DNA of 64,000 bases from Eledone cirrhosa (taxonomy: Eukaryota). The stretch is from assembly GCA_964016885.1 (NCBI GenBank), contig OZ024746.1, forward strand, positions 78,926,001-78,990,000, in the 5' to 3' direction. The notes beneath the pieces are model-generated. The model did no database searches. It worked only from the letters and a program-made list of their open reading frames with translations, and was not told the DNA's origin. Position numbers and translations under genes: made by a program. Numbering within the stretch: position 1 is the first letter of the stretch; every line of letters begins with the position of its first letter. Shown in pieces: positions 61,649 to 64,000 of this stretch.

Positions 61649-61720
<72 letters not shown>

Positions 61721-61781
61721 GATAACAGGTTTTCGTTATAGGCAGTCCACTTAGATGTAGTCCAGTTAGAGTACTTTCGCG

Positions 61782-61891
61782 TGCTCCGATGAAAACGACT
61801 GGTTATAAACAAAGTATTGGAGATCGATTGGCGCAAAATCAGGCGGGTAGCGAACTCTAGACCTACCAGATCGAAGAAACAATTGTCAGCA
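61782..61891 (+). ncRNA. Hammerhead with long stem II, core variant CCGATGA
   Basis: tgct-CCGATGA-aaacgactggt...accagatcgaa-GAAA-caattg-TC|agca; palindromic stem III ACAATTGT; lies in a ~220-bp ORF-less island between TA tracts. Confidence 0.65.
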
Positions 61892-61945
61892 ATGTGAATA
61901 AAGCTCTTATTGTATAGCGAACCATGTCACTCTTTTTTCTTGAAT

Positions 61946-62035
<90 letters not shown>

Positions 62036-62038
<3 letters not shown>

Positions 62039-63166
62039 TGATGGCGACGATGGTGGTGGTGACTGTGGTGGTGGTGGTAGTGATCGTGGTGGTGATGGCG
62101 ACGGTGGTGGTGGTGGTGGTGGTAATCATGGTGGTGGCGGTGGTGATAGTGTGTGTGATGGTGGGTGGTGGTAGTGATCGTGATGTTGGTGATCGCGGTG
62201 GAGGTGATAATAATAGTGGTAATGGTCATGGTGATGATGATAGTGACAGTGGTGGTGGTGGTGGTGGTGGTGGTGGTGACAGTGGTGATGGTGATAGTGG
62301 TGATGGTTGTGACGGTGTTTGCGATTATAGTAAAGATGGTGATAGTGGTGATGATGATGGCGACAGTGGTGGTGGTGGTGGTGGTGACAGGGGTGGTGGT
62401 GGTGGTGATGGTGGTGGTGGTGGTGATGGTGACAGTGGCAGTGGTGGTGGTGGTGGTGGTGATGGTGACAGTGGCAGTGGCGGTGGTGGTGGTGGTGATG
62501 GTGACAGTGGCAGTGGCGGTGGTGGTGATGGTGACAGGGGTGATGGCAGTGGCGGTGGTGGTGATGGTGACAGGGGTGATGGTGGTGGTGGTGATGGTGA
62601 CAGTGGCAGTGGTGGTGGTGGTGGTGGTGATGGTGACAGTGGCAGTGGTGGTGGTGGTGATGGTGACAGGGGTGATGGCAGTGGCGGTGGTGGTGATGGT
62701 GACAGGGGTGATGGTGGTGGTGGTGGTGGTGATGGTGACAGTGGCGGTGGTGGTGATGGTGACAGGGGTGATGGTGGTGGTGGTGATGGTGACAGGGGTG
62801 GTGGCGGTGGTAGTGGTGGTGGTGACAGTGGTAGTAGTGGTGGTGGTGGTGGTGGTGATGGTGACAGTGGCAGTTGTGGTGGTGGTGGTGGTGGTGGTGA
62901 CAGGGGTGGTGGCGGTGGTGGTGGTGGTGGTGGTGGTGATGGTGATAGCGGTTGTGGTGGTGGTGGTGGTGGTGGTGGTGATGGTGACAGTGGCAGTTGT
63001 GGTGGTGGTGGTGGTGGTGGTGACAGGGGTGGTGGCGGTGGTAGTGGTGGTGGTGGTGGTGGTGGTGATGGTGACAGTGGCAGTTGTGGTGGTGGTGGTG
63101 GTGGTGGTGGTGGTGGTGGTGGTGGTGGTGATGGTGATAGCGGTTGTGGTGGTGGTGGTGGTGGTG
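62036..63166. repeat. (GGT)n-rich satellite with GATGGTGACAG subunit
   Basis: Direct inspection; poly-Gly/Val/Thr ORFs in several frames. Confidence 0.9.
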
Positions 63167-63359
63167 AAGTTAATACAATCCACTAATTTCTCCGATGTGA
63201 TTCTTCGGTCGAAGTTTGTGTTCTTAGCTTAACTCCAACATGAGAATGTCGGAGACAGAGTAACAACATGAAACGTTACACAAGTGTGGCATTGATTATT
63301 TTGGCGATCAATGGCTTTTGGGTTGCTTAAACATCTATATATATGTACACACACACACA

Positions 63360-63397
<38 letters not shown>

Positions 63398-63430
63398 CAT
63401 AGACACTCACACACACACACACATGCACGT

Positions 63431-63482
<52 letters not shown>

Positions 63483-63566
63483 ATGTAGACACACAAACAT
63501 ATTGATATAGATATATGTACATGTGTGTATCTTTGTGTATATATATATATATAAATCACACACACA

Positions 63567-63686
<120 letters not shown>

Positions 63687-63790
63687 TGTGTTTGTGTATT
63701 TGTGTGTGTATGTATGAAGGCACACAAGAAATCTGCAGGAATTCTTCATTACATAGTTATGGAGAAGTATTTACATATGAATATATATAA

Positions 63791-63870
<80 letters not shown>

Positions 63871-63951
63871 GTGTATGTGTGTGTGCGTGTGTGTGTATTT
63901 ATATACAAACACACACATATATATATATATGTATGTATGTATGCATTTATA

Positions 63952-63993
<42 letters not shown>

Positions 63994-64000
63994 ATAGAGA

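Noticed and set aside
61924-63232. Gly/Asp/Ser-rich 420-aa ORF as a structural protein
   Set aside because: Starts within TA/TG microsatellite and overlapping frames are equally open; simple GGT satellite

Overview
Eukaryotic, very AT-rich, microsatellite-saturated DNA. The tRNA-derived SINE families and repeat landscape look like a coleoid cephalopod (Octopus-like; inference). I find no intact host gene, rRNA, tRNA or CRISPR array, and nearly all long ORFs in the track are translations of (TA)n/(CA)n/(GA)n/(CAC)n repeats. Real coding remnants are all transposon-derived: a Helitron Pif1 helicase with its 3' hairpin-CTAG end, three Penelope-like elements of Naiad type (RT plus C-terminal GIY-YIG; one is only a single frameshift from open), an L1/Tx1 3' end, a CRE-like RLE fragment with an 18-bp TSD, an RTE fragment and a hAT transposase C-terminus. 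There are also many SINEs, MITEs and three copies of a ~600-bp RTE-derived element. The main hidden signal is RNA-structural: about 15 type I hammerhead ribozyme motifs (intact or degenerate) from several unrelated families, most with palindromic stem III. They sit in Penelope pseudo-LTRs and in short ORF-less fold-back (inverted-repeat) elements embedded in (TA)n. One locus (6.4-7.25 kb) shows a circularly permuted ~440-nt unit with one hammerhead, as expected for a retrozyme-like tandem or circular RNA template. Several fold-backs turn round at ribozyme stem-loops. All alignments and folds were done by eye; coordinates of degenerate repeats are approximate.
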